Positions 61,011 to 64,000 of a stretch of 64,000 bases of DNA are shown piece after piece. Within the stretch, counting starts at the first letter, position 1. Every line of letters begins with the position of its first letter. This DNA is from an uncultured Roseovarius sp. (lineage in GTDB: Bacteria > Pseudomonadota > Alphaproteobacteria > Rhodobacterales > Rhodobacteraceae): positions 265,597 through 329,596 of the forward strand of contig NZ_CANLER010000002.1 in the NCBI RefSeq assembly GCF_947489715.1, given 5' to 3'. The notes below the pieces were generated by a model, which was given only the letters and a program-made list of their open reading frames with translations, was not told the DNA's origin and searched no databases. The position numbers and the translations under genes are program-made.

Positions 61011-61283
61011 CGGTCAAATCTCCTGCCAGACAAGCCTCACGACGCGCAAATCACAAGTCGCAGGGCAAAGGTGACCCCGCTGTGGCCCACAGTCAATAGC
61101 GGAGGTGGTCCGCCTCCTACATCCGAGTTTACCAGACAGACAACAACCACCTTACTGGCGGAATGCGAACCCTGGATTGCTTTAGTGAAATGACCGCCTG
61201 GGCGTTTGCCCGGCCTCGAATACGCTGCGGCATCTTGTTGACGCGCGCCGCATTGGTCAAATCCGCCGAAGGGGCGGGCGATG

Positions 61284-61607
61284 CTAGTCGAAAAAAGGTG
61301 TGACTTGCGCGACGATCACCGCGTTTTCGTCCAACGCACGCTGCATCAGTTCACGCTCTTCATCGCTGATCTCGTGCCCCTCGGACAAGCGTTCTTCCAA
61401 CGTGCCATAGCCCGATACGTCCAGCGGGGCAGTGTCGGCCTGTTTCAGAATGGCGACAGTTTCGCGGACCGCCTCGGCCTCATCCACACCACTGGCATAG
61501 ATCACGAGCGCCGCACCGGTGGCCTTATCGGCCAGCCCGTCGCCTTCCTTGCGCCCGATCTCGACCAGCAGGGTATAAACCTGTTGGGTACGCTTCTGTT
61601 TGGTCAC
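61284..61607 (-). CDS. Conserved hypothetical protein
   Basis: 107 aa GTG-start ORF after AGGAG, protein-like composition. Confidence 0.7.
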   Translation of the reverse strand: MTKQKRTQQVYTLLVEIGRKEGDGLADKATGAALVIYASGVDEAEAVRETVAILKQADTAPLDVSGYGTLEERLSEGHEISDEERELMQRALDENAVIVAQVTPFFD

Positions 61608-61656
61608 CTGATGCTCCTGCTGGCAAGGTAATATTTCTGTCCGGTCGCGCCCGGCG

Positions 61657-61902
61657 TCAGCTTCGGATACGGCGCACGACCCAGATCAGCCCGCACGCGC
61701 CGGCAATGCCGACAATCAGTTGCGGCACGACACTGCTAGAGGCGTAGATGCCCAGCATCTGCAGGATCAGGTTCAGCACCACGGCGCCCACGATACCCAG
61801 CACGATGTTCGTCAGGATACCAGTATTTGCCTTCATCAGATTGCTGGCGATCCATCCAGCAATCCCTCCGACAATGATCGAGCCGATCAATCCAAGTCCC
61901 AT
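61657..61902 (-). CDS. GlsB/YeaQ/YmgE (transglycosylase-associated) membrane protein
   Basis: IIVGGIAGWIAS...NIVLGIVGAVV...GIAGACGLIW. Confidence 0.85.
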   Translation of the reverse strand: MGLGLIGSIIVGGIAGWIASNLMKANTGILTNIVLGIVGAVVLNLILQMLGIYASSSVVPQLIVGIAGACGLIWVVRRIRS

Positions 61903-61949
61903 TCACCTCTCCTTGCATCGTCCCAGGAAGGGACAATGCTAGCGGAGGA

Positions 61950-62777
61950 TCAATCGCGGAGCAATTCATTGATCCCGGTTTTCGAACGGGTCTTTTCGTC
62001 CACGCGTTTCACGATCACGGCGCAATAAAGGCTGATGTCGTTCTTGGTGGGCATCGACCCGGCGACGACGACTGAATAGGGCGGCACCTCACCATAGAAC
62101 ACCTCGCCGGTTTCGCGGTCCACGATCTTGGTCGACTGGCCGATGAACACGCCCATGCCCAGGACCGAGCCTTCGCGGACGATACAGCCTTCGACCACCT
62201 CGGACCGCGCGCCGATAAAGCAATTGTCCTCGATGATCGTCGGCCCGGCCTGCATCGGTTCCAGCACGCCGCCAATACCGACGCCACCACTGAGGTGGAC
62301 GTTCTTGCCGATCTGGGCGCAGCTGCCCACCGTGGCCCAGCCATCAACCATCGACCCCTCGTCGACATAGGCGCCGATATTCACGAAACTCGGCATCAGC
62401 ACGACGCCCGGCGCGATATAGGCCGAGCGGCGCACGATCGATCCCGGCACGGCGCGGAACCCGGCAGCGCGCCATTGCGCCTCGTCCCAGCCATCGAATT
62501 TCGACGGCACCTTGTCCCACCAGCCGGCATTGTCCGGGCCGCCTTCGATGATGGCCATGTCGCGCAGACGGAAAGACAGCAGAACCGCCTTTTTCGCCCA
62601 CTGGTTGACATGCCAGTCGCCATTCTCACGTCGCTCCGCCACCCGCAGACTGCCACTGTCCAGCGCCTGCAACGTGTCTTCGATCGCTTCCCGGGTCTCT
62701 CCGGTTGTGGCGGTCGTGATCGTGTCGCGCGTATCCCACGCGGCTTCGATGGCTTGTTCAAGCTGTGCATTCGACAT
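61950..62777 (-). CDS. dapD: 2,3,4,5-tetrahydropyridine-2,6-dicarboxylate N-succinyltransferase
   Basis: [24 protein letters not shown], hexapeptide repeats, KTGINELLR. Confidence 0.96.
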   Translation of the reverse strand: MSNAQLEQAIEAAWDTRDTITTATTGETREAIEDTLQALDSGSLRVAERRENGDWHVNQWAKKAVLLSFRLRDMAIIEGGPDNAGWWDKVPSKFDGWDEAQWRAAGFRAVPGSIVRRSAYIAPGVVLMPSFVNIGAYVDEGSMVDGWATVGSCAQIGKNVHLSGGVGIGGVLEPMQAGPTIIEDNCFIGARSEVVEGCIVREGSVLGMGVFIGQSTKIVDRETGEVFYGEVPPYSVVVAGSMPTKNDISLYCAVIVKRVDEKTRSKTGINELLRD

Positions 62778-62834
62778 GGCGGGCCTCCCTGGGGTCAACT
62801 ATCGGTTCTTGCAATGGCCTATATGCCGCGCGCG

Positions 62835-62858
62835 TGCGATGCGCAATGCGACGCAGCA
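62835..62858. promoter_or_regulatory. Two abutting TGCRNYGCR sites upstream of dapD (PhaR-like)
   Basis: TGCGATGCGCAA + TGCGACGCAGCA. Confidence 0.35.
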
Positions 62859-62930
62859 TGCGATATTCGCGCCAGCAAAGACGCGTGAGGGCACGGGGGA
62901 GGGCGGGTGGGACGTGCCCGAACGCGTCTT

Positions 62931-63851
62931 TCACACTAGCGGATCAGGCGCGACATTCCCGCCACACAACAACACCGCAACCCTTTCACCGGGCGCCGGC
63001 CGATAGGCCCCCGACATCAGCGCCGCCAGCGCCGTGGCGCCCGCAGGTTCGACCAATTGCCGCAATTCCCGCCAAAGCCAGCGCTGCGCCGCTAGGATCG
63101 CCTCGTCGCTGACCAGAACCGATCCCACGCCCTGCGCCTGCGCCAGGCCAAAACAGATATCCCCGATCCGGCGCGCGCCCAGGGCATTCGCCGCCACGCC
63201 CGATACCTCGACATCCACAGGCCGCCCCGCATCAAGGGCGGCATGCAACGCACGGGATGTCTCAGGCTCGACCGCCACGATCCTGCGCCGACCACCCAGC
63301 CACGCCATCGCCCCGGCGATCAATCCGCCACCCCCGACGGCAATCAGCAGCGTGTCCGCCTCCAACCCTTGATCTTCCCATTCGGCCATGCAGGTCCCCT
63401 GCCCCGCCACCGTCGCGGGCGCATCATAGGCATGGACCTGCATCGCGCCGGCCGCGTCTTCAACCTCTCGCGCCATCGCCAGCGCGTTCGCATATTCGCC
63501 GGGCACCACGGTCAATTCCGCGCCCACCCGTTCGATCAGGGAAATCTTGGACGGGCCGGCCATTTCCGGCACGAAGATCCGCGCCGTGTGGCCCAGCTCA
63601 TGCGCCGCGAAAGCCACTGCCGCACCGTGATTGCCGCCCGAGGCCGCCACCAAGCCGGCAGCCGGCACAGGTTGTGACAGCAGCGTGTTGAACGCGCCGC
63701 GGGCTTTGAAACTACCAGTATGCTGCATCTGCTCCAGCTTGAAAGCAACCGGCAGTTCCACACCCGGAACGGGCGCGTTGATTACTGGGGTGCACCGTAC
63801 ATGCCCCCGATTGCGCTGCGCCGCCGCCGCGATCTGATCTTTCCAATCCAT
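62931..63851 (-). CDS. Threonine/serine dehydratase (PLP-dependent)
   Basis: FKLEQMQHTGSFKARGA, ASGGNHG, VGGGGLIAG, EPAGA and CGGN motifs. Confidence 0.88.
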   Translation of the reverse strand: MDWKDQIAAAAQRNRGHVRCTPVINAPVPGVELPVAFKLEQMQHTGSFKARGAFNTLLSQPVPAAGLVAASGGNHGAAVAFAAHELGHTARIFVPEMAGPSKISLIERVGAELTVVPGEYANALAMAREVEDAAGAMQVHAYDAPATVAGQGTCMAEWEDQGLEADTLLIAVGGGGLIAGAMAWLGGRRRIVAVEPETSRALHAALDAGRPVDVEVSGVAANALGARRIGDICFGLAQAQGVGSVLVSDEAILAAQRWLWRELRQLVEPAGATALAALMSGAYRPAPGERVAVLLCGGNVAPDPLV

Positions 63852-63930
63852 TTCACGCCCCCGTCACTGGTCAAGTCCGATCCACTCCTATACGCCTTGT
63901 TAACCAGACCCAAGCAAGGATGTGCCGGAT

Positions 63931-64000
63931 ATGAAAGATGACCGCCGTAGCCAGTTCCGTGATGCCCATTCCGACCGTTCTTCGGCCGAACAGGTGCCTG
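63931..64000 (+). CDS. 5' end of a gene running off the window, possibly a LOG-family protein
   Basis: MKDDRRSQFRDAHSDRSSAEQVP; product guessed only from recalled gene order near dapD. Confidence 0.35.
   Translation, partial: MKDDRRSQFRDAHSDRSSAEQVP

Noticed and set aside
61070-61260. Possible IS end or tRNA relic (CCGCT...AGCGG and GGAGGT...GCCTCC stems, TGGCGGA...CGAACCC)
   Set aside because: No partner inverted repeat, target duplication, transposase fragment or cloverleaf could be established by eye; an ISfinder or tRNAscan search would be needed

Overview
GC-rich alphaproteobacterial chromosome segment whose gene content and order fit Rhodobacteraceae (Roseobacter-like). The backbone is a central-carbon supercluster: mdh, sucCD-sucAB-lpdA and sdhCDAB, interleaved with ethylmalonyl-CoA pathway genes (mcl2-like, mch-like, ecm, ccr). 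It also carries ftsEX-plsC, mutL-rmuC and dapD. The left end holds a TRAP / glutamine-synthetase-like / aldehyde dehydrogenase / amidohydrolase / RpiR cluster resembling the gamma-glutamylation route for ethanolamine. Probable accessory insertions are a desaturase/hydroxylase, lipoproteins inside the suc and sdh operons, a thiamine-binding-family gene, an XRE + peptide-type ABC + CocE/NonD module, a GMC + enolase-superfamily pair followed by an eroded ABC ATPase relic, a MOSC + ferredoxin reductase pair, a membrane alpha/beta hydrolase and a YkuD-like protein. I saw no tRNA, rRNA, CRISPR array, transposase or integrase. The most unexplained signals are non-coding: (i) two copies of a dispersed element made of four 11-bp-phased CGTCGGTAT units with shared flanks; (ii) paired TGTGATCACA palindromes upstream of both the suc and sdh operons; (iii) PhaR-like (G/T)C(T/C)GC-N3-GC(A/G)GC sites upstream of mdh, mcl2, ecm, ccr and dapD; (iv) REP-like hairpins. 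A cysteine-bracketed internal repeat in a lipoprotein coupled to sdhA is the most notable protein-level oddity. All calls come from reading motifs by eye; no searches were run, and literature statements are from memory.
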